Below, piece by piece: positions 19,422 to 28,605 of a stretch of 64,000 nucleotides of DNA (position 1 is its first letter; the number at the start of each line of letters is the position of its first letter). The stretch is taken from contig CALPVV020000001.1 in the NCBI GenBank assembly GCA_943327105.2, forward strand, positions 3,276 to 67,275. Reading direction: 5' to 3'. The notes under the pieces are model-generated. The model was not told the origin of the DNA. It saw nothing but the letters and a program-made list of their open reading frames with translations, and ran no database searches. Made by a program: the position numbers and the translations under genes. The DNA comes from Nitrosovibrio sp. Nv4. Lineage in GTDB: Bacteria; Bdellovibrionota; UBA1018; CAIMNF01.

Positions 19422-19892
19422 ATGACTGACAATCCTTTCATGAAGCGGGCAATCGAGCTTTCAAAGATCAATATGGAAACCAATGCGGGTGGGCCATTTG
19501 GTGCTGTGATCGTGAAAGATGGTAAAATTATTGGTGAAGGTTGGAATCAGGTGACTAGTACTAATGATCCGACAGCACATGCCGAGGTTCAGGCAATTCG
19601 CAATGCATGCAAGAATTTGAACACCTTTGATTTGCACGGAGCTGAGGTCTATACCAGTTGTGAACCTTGTCCGATGTGCCTTTCTGCCATTTATTGGGCT
19701 CGATGCACGAAAATTTATTACGGAAACACTAAAAAAGACGCCGCATCGATTAAATTCGACGATGACTTCATCTACCAGGAAATTGCAAAACCTTATCCTC
19801 AACGCTCCATTCCACTGGTTCCATTGATGCGTGATGAAGCCTTCAAAATCTTTCAAATCTGGGAACAAAAAGTCGACAAAATTCCTTACTGA
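19422..19892 (+). CDS. guaD: Guanine deaminase (CDA-fold, GuaD-like)
   Basis: 156 aa. GGPFGAVIVKDGKIIGEGWN.VT..NDPTAHAEV.AIR.AC and YTSCEPCPMCL.AIYWAR, with a C-terminal FDD.FIY.EI segment. It is close to collinear with my recollection of B. subtilis GuaD. Confidence 0.8.
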   Translation: MTDNPFMKRAIELSKINMETNAGGPFGAVIVKDGKIIGEGWNQVTSTNDPTAHAEVQAIRNACKNLNTFDLHGAEVYTSCEPCPMCLSAIYWARCTKIYYGNTKKDAASIKFDDDFIYQEIAKPYPQRSIPLVPLMRDEAFKIFQIWEQKVDKIPY

Positions 19893-19907
19893 TTTTAGTC
19901 TCATTCC

Positions 19908-22346
19908 ATGAGCTATCAGCCGTCTAAGATCGAACCCAAGTGGCAAAATCATTGGGAAAAAGAACATACTTTTAAAACTGAACAAACATCGTCAAAGCCG
20001 AAATACTACGTGCTTGATATGTTTCCCTATCCATCCAGCAGTGGTCTTCACGTGGGACACCCGGAAGGTTATACCGCAACTGATATTCTTGCCCGTTACA
20101 AACGAGCAAAAGGGTTCAATGTGCTTCACCCAATGGGGTGGGATGCATTCGGCTTACCTGCAGAACAATATGCGATCAAGACAGGTGTTCACCCGGCAAT
20201 CACCACGAACGAGGCAATCGGCAACTTTACTAAACAATTGAAGAGTCTTGGATTTAGCTTTGACTGGTCACGAGAAATCAGCACTTGTTCGCCAGAATAC
20301 TACAAATGGACTCAGTGGATTTTTCTCAAGCTCTACGACAAGGGACTCGCCTATCAAAAAGAAGTTCCGGTGAATTGGTGCCCTGAACTCAAAACAGTTC
20401 TTGCGAACGAAGAAGTGGTTGATGGCAAGAGTGAGCGTGGCGGTCACCCGGTGTTTCGTATTCCAATGAAACAATGGATGCTCAAAATTACCGAATATGC
20501 TGAGCGCCTGCTACAAGACCTTGATGGTCTTGATTGGCCAGAAGGAACAAAAGAGCTTCAACGTAACTGGATCGGTAAGAGCGTTGGGCTTCAAATGAAG
20601 TTCAAGGTTGATGGAAAAGCAGCCGATTTCGAAATTTTCACTACACGTCCTGATACACTTTGGGGTGTAAGCTATATGGCACTTGCGCCAGAGCATCCGT
20701 TGGTTGATGAAATTACCACCGCGGGACAAAAAGAAGCCGTTGAGAAATATAAGCTGGAGGCTTCTCAAAAATCAGAAATTGCCCGTCAGGACGCATCAAA
20801 GGAAAAATCAGGATGTTTCACCGGTGCATATGCGATTAACCCGGCAAATGGTGAAAAAGTTCAGATCTGGATCTCCGACTATGTTCTCATGACTTATGGA
20901 ACTGGTGCAGTGATGGCGGTTCCTGCGCATGATGAGCGGGATTTTGAGTTTGCGAAGAAGTTTGATCTTCCGATCAAGGTCGTCGTTCAAGGTGGAAAAG
21001 AAGGCGAATGCTTTTCAGGTGATGGAGTCGCTGTTCACTCAGGCTTTATCAGTGGCCTTAAAACTGTCGAAGCCACTGAAAAGGTAATTGAGTGGGCTGA
21101 GAAAGATAAGGTTGGAACGAAGTCGATTAAATACAAGCTTCGTGACTGGTTGTTCTCTCGCCAGCGTTATTGGGGTGAGCCGTTTCCAATCTTGAAAGAC
21201 AAAAATGGAAATATCATTCCTCTTAAAGACAATGAACTTCCAGTGACCTTGCCCGATGTGAAAAGCTATGAGCCGACCGGAACTGGTGAAAGTCCTCTTG
21301 CAGGCATCACCGCTTGGCGTGAAGTCAAAGATGAAAAAACCGGAGAATTATATCTTCGTGAAACTGATACCATGCCGGGATCTGCCGGATCTTCGTGGTA
21401 TTTTCTCCGTTACATTGATCCGCACAATTCGAAAGAAGCGTGGAGTAAGGACGCTGAAAAATACTGGATGCCGGTTGATCTTTACCTGGGTGGAGACGAG
21501 CATGCGGTAGGACATTTGCTCTATTCCCGTTTTTGGATGAAGGTTCTTTTCGATTGCGGTCTGGTGAGTCACTCAGAGCCATTCAAGAAACTCGTTCACC
21601 AAGGAATGATCCTGGGCGAAGACAATGAAAAAATGTCAAAATCACGTGGGAATGTGATCAACCCGGATGATGTGGTGAAGGAATACGGCGCAGATGCTCT
21701 ACGTATTTATGAAATGTTCCTTGGGCCGCTGGAAAAGGATAAACCCTGGTCTACTAAAGCGATCGAAGGCGTGTTTCGTTTCTTGAGTCGTGCTTATCGA
21801 CTGTACTTCTTTGATGACAAGGACGGTAATGAGTCACTAAAGGTGATCGATATGCCAATGTCGACAGAAGATCAAAAAATTCTGCATCAAACCATCAAGA
21901 AGGTTACCGAAGACATTGAGGGATTGCGCTTCAATACGGCTATTTCGCAAATGATGGTATTTGTGAATCACTTCACTGCGTTTGAAAAAACGCCTAAAGT
22001 AGCAATGAAGGTTTTTGCGCAGCTGTTGGCGCCTTTTTCTCCGCACGTGGCTGAAGAAATGTGGCAAGCGGTACATTCATTGGAAAATAGCAGTACAGTG
22101 CCTTCGCTTTCGTATTCCGAGTGGCCGACGTTCGATCCTGAACTGGTTAAGGCAAGTTCAGTAACCGTCGCTATTCAAGTTCTTGGAAAATTACGTGGAA
22201 CTCTTGAAGTTGAGCCGGGAACGGGTCAAGCAGTGCTTGAGCAGCAGGCAAAGGCACTTGAATCCGTATCAAGATTCCTTGAAGGCAAAGAAATTGTAAA
22301 AGTCGTATACGTTCAAAACAAGATTTTGAACTTTGTTGTGAAGTAG
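19908..22346 (+). CDS. leuS: Leucyl-tRNA synthetase
   Basis: 812 aa. YVLDMFPYPSSSGLHVGHPEGY (HIGH region), KMSKSRGN (KMSKS), and a CP1 editing-domain segment TTRPDTLWG. Confidence 0.97.
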   Translation: MSYQPSKIEPKWQNHWEKEHTFKTEQTSSKPKYYVLDMFPYPSSSGLHVGHPEGYTATDILARYKRAKGFNVLHPMGWDAFGLPAEQYAIKTGVHPAITTNEAIGNFTKQLKSLGFSFDWSREISTCSPEYYKWTQWIFLKLYDKGLAYQKEVPVNWCPELKTVLANEEVVDGKSERGGHPVFRIPMKQWMLKITEYAERLLQDLDGLDWPEGTKELQRNWIGKSVGLQMKFKVDGKAADFEIFTTRPDTLWGVSYMALAPEHPLVDEITTAGQKEAVEKYKLEASQKSEIARQDASKEKSGCFTGAYAINPANGEKVQIWISDYVLMTYGTGAVMAVPAHDERDFEFAKKFDLPIKVVVQGGKEGECFSGDGVAVHSGFISGLKTVEATEKVIEWAEKDKVGTKSIKYKLRDWLFSRQRYWGEPFPILKDKNGNIIPLKDNELPVTLPDVKSYEPTGTGESPLAGITAWREVKDEKTGELYLRETDTMPGSAGSSWYFLRYIDPHNSKEAWSKDAEKYWMPVDLYLGGDEHAVGHLLYSRFWMKVLFDCGLVSHSEPFKKLVHQGMILGEDNEKMSKSRGNVINPDDVVKEYGADALRIYEMFLGPLEKDKPWSTKAIEGVFRFLSRAYRLYFFDDKDGNESLKVIDMPMSTEDQKILHQTIKKVTEDIEGLRFNTAISQMMVFVNHFTAFEKTPKVAMKVFAQLLAPFSPHVAEEMWQAVHSLENSSTVPSLSYSEWPTFDPELVKASSVTVAIQVLGKLRGTLEVEPGTGQAVLEQQAKALESVSRFLEGKEIVKVVYVQNKILNFVVK

Positions 22347-22362
22347 AAAGAAGGAAGTCAGC

Positions 22363-22932
22363 ATGATTCTCACCGATCAGGAAATATTAAAAGAAATGGA
22401 AAAAGGAACAATCAAGATTGAACCTTTCCACCCCCATTGTATGGGCACCAATAGTTATGATGTTCACCTCGGAAAAACACTCGCGGTTTACGTTGATGAT
22501 GAACTTGATGCTAAGAAGCATAACAAGATTCGCAAGTTTGAGATTCCTGCCGAGGGTTTTGTGCTTCAGCCGGATGTGTTTTATCTCGGAGTAACGCTTG
22601 AATATACAGAAACTCATGCGCATGTGCCGTTCCTTGAAGGTAAGTCATCAACCGGACGACTTGGAATCGACATTCATGCAACTGCAGGTAAGGGCGACGT
22701 CGGTTTTTGTAACTTCTGGACATTGGAAATTTCAGTGCGTAAGCCCGTGCGTGTTTATGCGGGAATGCCGATTGGTCAGTTGATTTACTTTGTTGTCGAA
22801 GGCGATGTGAAGACGATGTACAACAGCAAACCAAATGCAAAATACAATTCACGCGCACCTGAACCTGTTGAATCAATGATGTGGAAAAACGTTGAATCGC
22901 CAACAGGTAAAGTGTGGCTTGATGTAGAGTAA
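22363..22932 (+). CDS. dcd: dCTP deaminase
   Basis: 189 aa. MILTDQEI.., SYDVHLG, EGKSSTGRLGI, and E in LEISV. All are typical of the Dcd/dUTPase-fold trimer family. Confidence 0.9.
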   Translation: MILTDQEILKEMEKGTIKIEPFHPHCMGTNSYDVHLGKTLAVYVDDELDAKKHNKIRKFEIPAEGFVLQPDVFYLGVTLEYTETHAHVPFLEGKSSTGRLGIDIHATAGKGDVGFCNFWTLEISVRKPVRVYAGMPIGQLIYFVVEGDVKTMYNSKPNAKYNSRAPEPVESMMWKNVESPTGKVWLDVE

Positions 22933-22954
22933 AAAAAGAGAAAATCAAAATTCA

Positions 22955-22990
22955 AAACCCCAAAACAGTTTTGCTGTCTTGGGGTTTTTT
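22955..22990. terminator. Rho-independent terminator candidate after dcd
   Basis: aaaaccccaaaacag-ttttg-ctgtcttggggtttttt: GC-rich stem with one mismatch, followed by a T6 run. Confidence 0.7.
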
Positions 22991-22998
22991 GTTGGGGA

Positions 22999-23163
22999 TT
23001 ATGCAGGTAATATAAAATCTTTATTAATCCTATACCACCATCTTGTCGCTTCTAATTGTGCAATCCTGATGCCATTTTTGTAACGAGCACGTTCAAGAAA
23101 AATGTTTGAAATTTCTTCAAAGGGGAATTCTTCCTTATTCACTAGGGGAAAATATTCCATCAT
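22999..23163 (-). CDS. Small hypothetical protein (uncertain)
   Basis: ORF only. The start is taken at MMEYFPLV to avoid overlap with the divergent regulator. No motif support. Confidence 0.25.
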   Translation of the reverse strand: MMEYFPLVNKEEFPFEEISNIFLERARYKNGIRIAQLEATRWWYRINKDFILPA

Positions 23164-23171
23164 GTTAATGG

Positions 23172-24593
23172 ATGGGCATGAACAGTGAAGCTCGTGCAAA
23201 AATTCTGGTAATTGATGATGATGTAGAAATTCAAGATCTTTTGATCGCTTTTTTTAAGCCGAAAGGTTTTGAGGTATTCATTCGTGATGACAGTCAAAAA
23301 GTGATTGATGAATTGTCATCGAAACAAATTGATCCTGATGTCATCATCTGTGATCTGCAATTGCCGAATATGACAGGAATAGAATTCACCCGAAAAACAA
23401 GGGAAATGGGAATTGAAATTCCGATCTTAGTAATAACAGGCACCAAAACCATAGAAACTGCAATCGAGGCAATCGATGCTGGTGCATATGATTTTGTGGT
23501 GAAGCCGATTCATCTTCAGCAATTACTGGTTTCAGTTGAAAGAGCATTGCATTTTAGAAATATCAAATCTGAAAATCAAACCTTGCGAACCGCAGTCCAG
23601 ATCAAAGAAGGAAATTATCCTGAAGGGATTATTGGTCGAAGTCCTGGATTCAAGAAAGTAATGGATCTTGCCAGACGTGTTGCTTCAAGCCAGGCAAACA
23701 TTTTCATTGGCGGTGAAAGTGGAACTGGTAAAGAGGTTGTTGCAAGAGCCATACACAATATGGGGCCAAGAGCGAAGAAGGAGTTTGTTGCCTTGAATTG
23801 CGCTTCGATTCCGGAGAGTTTGCTTGAGTCCGAGTTGTTTGGTTATGCAAAAGGATCCTTTACCGGTGCAATAGATAAACGAATAGGTCTTTTTGAAGAA
23901 GCTGATGGCGGTACGTTGTTTCTGGACGAGATTGGCGACTTGAGCCTGCCCTTACAGGCAAAGATTCTAAGGGTCTTACAGGAACGCCAGATCAAGAGAA
24001 TTGGCGAGAACAAGTATAGGACGATCGATGTACGTATCTTATCAGCGACACACCGAGATTTGCGCAAGGAAGTCGCTGAAGGACGTTTTCGAGAGGATTT
24101 ATTTTTTCGATTGAACGTAATTGAAATCAAAATCCCACCGCTTCGTGATCGAAAAGAAGACATTATGCCTTTGATTGATTTCTTTTTGAAGAAATTTTCA
24201 GTCTTGAATGGAATCAAAGTAAAAGGATTTTCTAAAGAGTCTCTTGAGGAAATACATGCCTATTCATGGCCTGGGAATGTGAGAGAGTTAGAAAACGCTG
24301 TGGAACGCGCGGTGATTCTCTGCGGTCCAGATGGATTGATTTTACCGGAAGATTTACCAGACTTTGGTTTTGGTTATACAAAAGAGGCGAGTCAAAGCGT
24401 TACCAATCCAGCTAAAGACCCTATTTACGCTGAAGCAGGAAAAACGATGACTATCGATGAGTTGGTAAAAAAGTATATAAAATTCATACTCGAAAAAAAT
24501 CAAGGCATGAAAGATAAGACCGCAATCGAGTTAAACATCGATCGGAAAACCTTATATCGAAAACTCAAGGAAATGGAGCTTGAAAGGCATTGA
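23172..24593 (+). CDS. Sigma-54-dependent Fis-family response regulator (NtrC-like: REC + AAA+ + HTH)
   Basis: Receiver (ILVIDDD..., DVIICDLQLPNMTG, KP). AAA+ Walker A GESGTGKE, ESELFGY (GAFTGA-region variant GSFTGA), Walker B LFLDEIG. C-terminal Fis-type HTH. Confidence 0.9.
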   Translation: MGMNSEARAKILVIDDDVEIQDLLIAFFKPKGFEVFIRDDSQKVIDELSSKQIDPDVIICDLQLPNMTGIEFTRKTREMGIEIPILVITGTKTIETAIEAIDAGAYDFVVKPIHLQQLLVSVERALHFRNIKSENQTLRTAVQIKEGNYPEGIIGRSPGFKKVMDLARRVASSQANIFIGGESGTGKEVVARAIHNMGPRAKKEFVALNCASIPESLLESELFGYAKGSFTGAIDKRIGLFEEADGGTLFLDEIGDLSLPLQAKILRVLQERQIKRIGENKYRTIDVRILSATHRDLRKEVAEGRFREDLFFRLNVIEIKIPPLRDRKEDIMPLIDFFLKKFSVLNGIKVKGFSKESLEEIHAYSWPGNVRELENAVERAVILCGPDGLILPEDLPDFGFGYTKEASQSVTNPAKDPIYAEAGKTMTIDELVKKYIKFILEKNQGMKDKTAIELNIDRKTLYRKLKEMELERH

Positions 24594-24600
24594 GTATTTT

Positions 24601-24640
24601 TGGGGGTGGGGGTTTTAGCAGGCTCCCACCCCCATCGTTT
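24601..24640. terminator. Bidirectional terminator candidate
   Basis: gggggtggg (24602-24610) pairs with cccaccccc (24625-24633). The hairpin is T-rich on both flanks and lies between convergent genes. Confidence 0.5.
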
Positions 24641-24680
24641 TCCCATCGCATCAGAGAAAGATCATCGATATCATCAGAAT

Positions 24681-25202
24681 TCAGATCTCTATCTTGTGGA
24701 TGTGTTTCAGGATGTTTTCGATCATGTTCTGCAAATTTCCGCTCTTTTTGCTGACAAATCCCGAGTAGCGGAAGTGTTTGGTGCTCGATGCTTTGCATTC
24801 GGTTCTCTCCCTGCCTGATAGAACGATCACTTTGACTTTTTTATCCTCCCATTCATAAGGAAGATTAGGGTCAGTTTTAAAAACTTGCTCGGTTTTACTT
24901 AAAGTTTCGGCACCGGTCATTTCAGGAAGTATCCAATCAAGAATGATGGCATCAACCACTTGATGGTTCAGTATTTCCATTGCTTCAAAGGGGTCTTCAG
25001 CAGTAAAAACCTTGATGCGTCGGTCTTCAAGAAGTTTACTTTTCAGTAACTCACTTATTTCTTTGTCATCATCGATAATCAAAATCCGTTTTACAAAATT
25101 CTCTTTATTAAGATTTCCTGAAAACGGATATAGTAACGGATTGAACGACGGGTAATAGGCGCAATTCAGCTGATCTAGCAACATGATGTAATCCTCCAAC
25201 AT
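24681..25202 (-). CDS. Single-domain response regulator (receiver) with about 45-aa N-terminal extension
   Basis: ILIIDDDKEISELL..., AIILDWILPEMTG (phospho-acceptor Asp), VIVLSG, FVSKK. The start is uncertain: the ORF opens with TTG at 25229, and ATG candidates are at 25202 and 25184. Confidence 0.75.
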   Translation of the reverse strand: MLEDYIMLLDQLNCAYYPSFNPLLYPFSGNLNKENFVKRILIIDDDKEISELLKSKLLEDRRIKVFTAEDPFEAMEILNHQVVDAIILDWILPEMTGAETLSKTEQVFKTDPNLPYEWEDKKVKVIVLSGRERTECKASSTKHFRYSGFVSKKSGNLQNMIENILKHIHKIEI

Positions 25203-25259
25203 ACTCTTGATAAGCAAGAGTGATGCCAAACGATCGCCTAGAGTGATTGAATGATTTTA

Positions 25260-25526
25260 TTAATTTGATAATTTGGTTATGAAGTTTCGATAAGACGAAA
25301 ATTGAAGCTGAATGGCATTGATGTCATGTTGTGTTGCCCCAGTTTCTACCAGTTCACCAAATGAACTGATTTCAGGAAAACCATACATTGCACCATTGCC
25401 CTTGAGCTGATGACCAATTTTGAAGAGTAGATCATATTCTTTATTATGAAGGGCTGATTCGATTTGATCCAGTTCTTCTATTCTTCTATTGATGTAGGAT
25501 TGGAGTAGCTTTTCCGGTATTTTCAT
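25260..25526 (-). CDS. Hpt (histidine phosphotransfer) domain protein
   Basis: 88 aa, all-helical, with the canonical HQLKGNGAMYGF phospho-His motif. Confidence 0.75.
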   Translation of the reverse strand: MKIPEKLLQSYINRRIEELDQIESALHNKEYDLLFKIGHQLKGNGAMYGFPEISSFGELVETGATQHDINAIQLQFSSYRNFITKLSN

Positions 25527-25531
25527 TTCAA

Positions 25532-26206
25532 TTATGCCTGAAAGCGATAGCCTTCTCCGGCGCTTGATCGGATCACATGGCAGTATCGATCAAGTTTTTT
25601 ACGAAGATAACAGATGTGTGCATCAACAGTGCGTGTAGTAACGTGAATATCCTTACCCCAGATTTTATCAAGAATCATTTCACGACTAAAAGTCTGTTTA
25701 GGGTTCTTTGCCAAAAGATGGAGAATCTTAAACTCCCTCGGTGTCAAAGTGATGGGCGATTTAAGTCCGCTCAATCGAATGCTTTGGCTATGAAGTTCTA
25801 GAGTGATAGGCCCAGCTTGAAGTTGATCCATTTCGGTCTGTTTAGCCAGTCTTCGCTCAACCCTGGCCCTGAGTTCAAGCAAGTGAAAGGGTTTCGTAAT
25901 GTAATCTTCAGCACCAAACGAGAAGGCATCTACTTTAGAGCTTAAATCACTATTTGCACTCATGATGATCATGGGTGTGTGACGGTTCTTTTCATTTGTA
26001 AGAGCCTGCTCCAACAGATCCATTCCCTTTCCGTCAGGAAGATTCAAATCAACCAATATCAGTGAAAACCCTTCGGAATTGATTTTTCCAATCGCGGCAC
26101 CCATTGAACTACAGGTTTCAACTGCCAAGCCAGAAAGCTCCAAGCTGGCTTTAACCAGGTTGCTGAGTTCGACATCATCTTCAATCATTAGTATTTTCTT
26201 ATTCAT
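25532..26206 (-). CDS. OmpR/PhoB-family DNA-binding response regulator
   Basis: Receiver (ILMIEDD, LILVDLNLPDGKG, MSA, KPF) plus winged-helix (LTPREFKILHLLAKNP..FSRE.ILDKIWG......RTVDAHI..LRKKL). Confidence 0.9.
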   Translation of the reverse strand: MNKKILMIEDDVELSNLVKASLELSGLAVETCSSMGAAIGKINSEGFSLILVDLNLPDGKGMDLLEQALTNEKNRHTPMIIMSANSDLSSKVDAFSFGAEDYITKPFHLLELRARVERRLAKQTEMDQLQAGPITLELHSQSIRLSGLKSPITLTPREFKILHLLAKNPKQTFSREMILDKIWGKDIHVTTRTVDAHICYLRKKLDRYCHVIRSSAGEGYRFQA

Positions 26207-26308
26207 CGACTACGGTCTACTGCAATGAAGGTACCAGTGTAAAATGATTAATTTCGGTGCTTAAAAATAAAAAACACAAGTCATCAATTCTTCAAAAAAT
26301 CTTTAAAT

Positions 26309-27478
26309 TCATTTAAATTCATAGGGTTTTGACTGAATTAAAAAACAGTTGGGAGTGCCCAGTTGTGATCCGCATGTGTGGCATGTTGCCGGAGTGGGTT
26401 TGTTTCTCCCCTCGTATCTGATTTCATCAATAATGCTTTTTTTTCCACAGTTAATGCATCTTTTACTTTGCGACTGGGTGGTAATCTTTCCTTTATCTTC
26501 CGGATGTTCCTGATTCAGCGACCTTACCATTTGAAAAGGTGAAGTAAACCTCATTTCACTCAAGTTAACTCCGTTCAAGAATATGGAAACGGGGCCATCT
26601 TCAGAAATGGTGATTACAATTGCATGGGACACATCATATGAAAATCGAATTGAAGAGGTATGTCTTGTCCCCTTGTAGTTTGGGATTATTTTTTTACTCT
26701 TTGAAGAATAACGAATTTGAACCCCTGAGCTCATCAATACACCTTGTTGATTGATGAAGGTAGCGCCATCCGTCTGCGCTAATAAATGAAAAATTAACTT
26801 TATATGAGATTCGTCCATGAATGAAAGCTGGAGTGGTTCCAGGATTCCATTGGTTTTCTGAGGTGAAAGAAACCAAACTAAGATAGCCCCTACGTGTTCG
26901 GTTGGACTCAATAGATGATACGAAAATTCAAGTAGATTCTGTAAAACCCGTTTGTTTGTTTTTTCAACGCAAAAGCTGATGTTAGATGCCACGTTCTTGA
27001 TGTTTGGTTTGATAAGCCAGTTTCTTCGATCATGCAGAATGATTCTATCACCTTGGTAAATTCTGCATGTTCCGTTATTACTTCGGTTTAATATCAACCC
27101 CCCGGAGAGTGGAAAAAATTTCAGCATTTGAATTTCAGTTGATGATGATTCAGGAATCTTAATCAAACCGTAAAATGAGTTTTGAATAAACAGTGAATAC
27201 CAGTTGAGTCCATCAGCCATTTTTCGTGAAGTCTCGATTTGTTCTGGAAGTAATTTGATTTTTTCAAATTTATCGAAGTCATCAATCGATTCAACAAAAA
27301 TTGCGCCGTAAGAAAAAACAAACCCTTCATGAATCTTAGGTGCAATTGCAAAGTAAATTTCATCTATAATTTCTGGCGTGTTCAACCAGATGTTCGTTTC
27401 AAAGTTAAAGCCATTCAATTTTAATTCTTGAACAAGTATGATTTTCTGGTTTTTTTTTTGCTCATCACTTTCATGCAT
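26309..27478 (-). CDS. Diadenylate-cyclase-like (DisA_N/DAC-fold) protein with uncharacterised N-terminal region and C-terminal zinc ribbon
   Basis: aa ~195-300 carry the ordered DAC motif series: HVGAILV (cf. GALIV), QTDGATFI (cf. HDGAVII), KGTRHTSS (cf. GTRHRAA), ITISEDGPVSIF (cf. VVSEETGxIS). The C-terminus has CINC...CHTC. Confidence 0.6.
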   Translation of the reverse strand: MHESDEQKKNQKIILVQELKLNGFNFETNIWLNTPEIIDEIYFAIAPKIHEGFVFSYGAIFVESIDDFDKFEKIKLLPEQIETSRKMADGLNWYSLFIQNSFYGLIKIPESSSTEIQMLKFFPLSGGLILNRSNNGTCRIYQGDRIILHDRRNWLIKPNIKNVASNISFCVEKTNKRVLQNLLEFSYHLLSPTEHVGAILVWFLSPQKTNGILEPLQLSFMDESHIKLIFHLLAQTDGATFINQQGVLMSSGVQIRYSSKSKKIIPNYKGTRHTSSIRFSYDVSHAIVITISEDGPVSIFLNGVNLSEMRFTSPFQMVRSLNQEHPEDKGKITTQSQSKRCINCGKKSIIDEIRYEGRNKPTPATCHTCGSQLGTPNCFLIQSKPYEFK

Positions 27479-27580
27479 GACGTTTCATGATAGCCATATG
27501 CCGTAAAGAACGCGTTTAAATTAATTTTATACTTTTAGCATATATATTGCTGGTAAGAGTGTGGGATCTTTGTCCTGGGG

Positions 27581-28024
27581 ATGGCTATGGTTTCAAATGG
27601 ACAGCACATGGCGGTGTTGATAGTGGAAGATGATATTGCTGCATCTACACTGATTGATCGCGTGATGAGAAGTATCAGTCAAGATGTAGAGCTTGATTGG
27701 ACCACTTCAGCGGAAGAAGCAATCGAAATCATCGATACAGCGCATCGCTTAAAAATAAAACGACCATATGATTTAATTGTTTCTGATTTTTATCTTGATG
27801 GTTCCAAAAATGGACTGGATTTTTGGAACACCTGTCGGGACTTATTTCCCGATATACCTTTTGTCCTCATGTCGTCTTATGAGCCTGATTTTTTCATGCA
27901 AGATGACAGTGGTGTTTTGGTCCCTTATTTCCTTAAAAAGCCATTTAATTTACGTCAATGCAGGGACTTCTTTTCAGGTTTTTTCAAAAACAGTCAAAAA
28001 CCTGGATTATTAAATCTAAAGTAA
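27581..28024 (+). CDS. Single-domain response regulator (receiver)
   Basis: VLIVEDDIAAS, DLIVSDFYLDGSKNG, VLMSS, LKKPF. Divergent from the DAC-like gene. Confidence 0.75.
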   Translation: MAMVSNGQHMAVLIVEDDIAASTLIDRVMRSISQDVELDWTTSAEEAIEIIDTAHRLKIKRPYDLIVSDFYLDGSKNGLDFWNTCRDLFPDIPFVLMSSYEPDFFMQDDSGVLVPYFLKKPFNLRQCRDFFSGFFKNSQKPGLLNLK

Positions 28025-28069
28025 CGTCAATTGGTCTGTTAATTGCTTTAAGTCCTTCATGGGGGGCTC

Positions 28070-28294
28070 ATGGATCAATTCAAATCAAATACAAATGAAC
28101 TTATAGATCAGGGGAAGGAAGCGCTAAAGGAAGTTGAAAAACTTACTTTTGATACTCTGTCAGAAGCTGCTGAAAGACTGAACGAATCCGGAAGGAAATT
28201 GAAAACGTTGGTAAGGGAAAACCCAGGTCTGACCATAGCTGCGGGAATTGCGGTTGGGTTTGTGATGGCCAAACTAGTAAAGGCAAAAAAATGA
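28070..28294 (+). CDS. DUF883 (ElaB/YqjD-like) tail-anchored membrane protein
   Basis: 74 aa. Helical N-terminus and C-terminal ENPGLTIAAGIAVGFVMAKLV anchor, typical of the YqjD/ElaB family. Confidence 0.7.
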   Translation: MDQFKSNTNELIDQGKEALKEVEKLTFDTLSEAAERLNESGRKLKTLVRENPGLTIAAGIAVGFVMAKLVKAKK

Positions 28295-28443
28295 AAAGAT
28301 ATGAGACATTTGTCAGCGATCATCCCTATGCAGCAGTACTTACATCTGTCGGATGCGGAGTCATACTTGGAACTATTTTCAGGGTTACTACCCTGATCCG
28401 CCTGGCTTCATTGGCCTATCGTAGGAGTGGGCATGAAAGATAG
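28291..28443 (+). CDS. Mini-protein (50 aa) resembling only the DUF883 C-terminal anchor
   Basis: I translated this by hand, since it is below the 60-aa track cutoff: MKRYETFVSDHPYAAVLTSVGCGVILGTIF.... It has an ATGA start/stop overlap with the preceding gene. Confidence 0.35.
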   Translation: MKRYETFVSDHPYAAVLTSVGCGVILGTIFRVTTLIRLASLAYRRSGHER

Positions 28444-28605
28444 ATTAATTAATAAAAATCAGCATGCTCTAAAACTTAAGATAGCTAGAGAAAGAAAGTT
28501 TTTCAGAAGGTTCATTGATATTGAACGATTGAAAATTAAGTTGATGATAGCCGAAAGTATCCATTTCAGAAGAAGACAAGCTGTAAATTTAAATAGGAGT
28601 GAACC

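Noticed and set aside
19461-19985. 174-aa ORF antisense to guaD and the leuS start
   Set aside because: It is entirely shadowed by a strongly supported deaminase gene and has no motif or RBS. It is an antisense shadow ORF.
24565-24818. 77-aa (-) and 72-aa (+) ORFs spanning the NtrC-like / receiver intergenic hairpin
   Set aside because: They cover the G/C-rich terminator hairpin and the 3' end of the receiver gene, and have no coding features.
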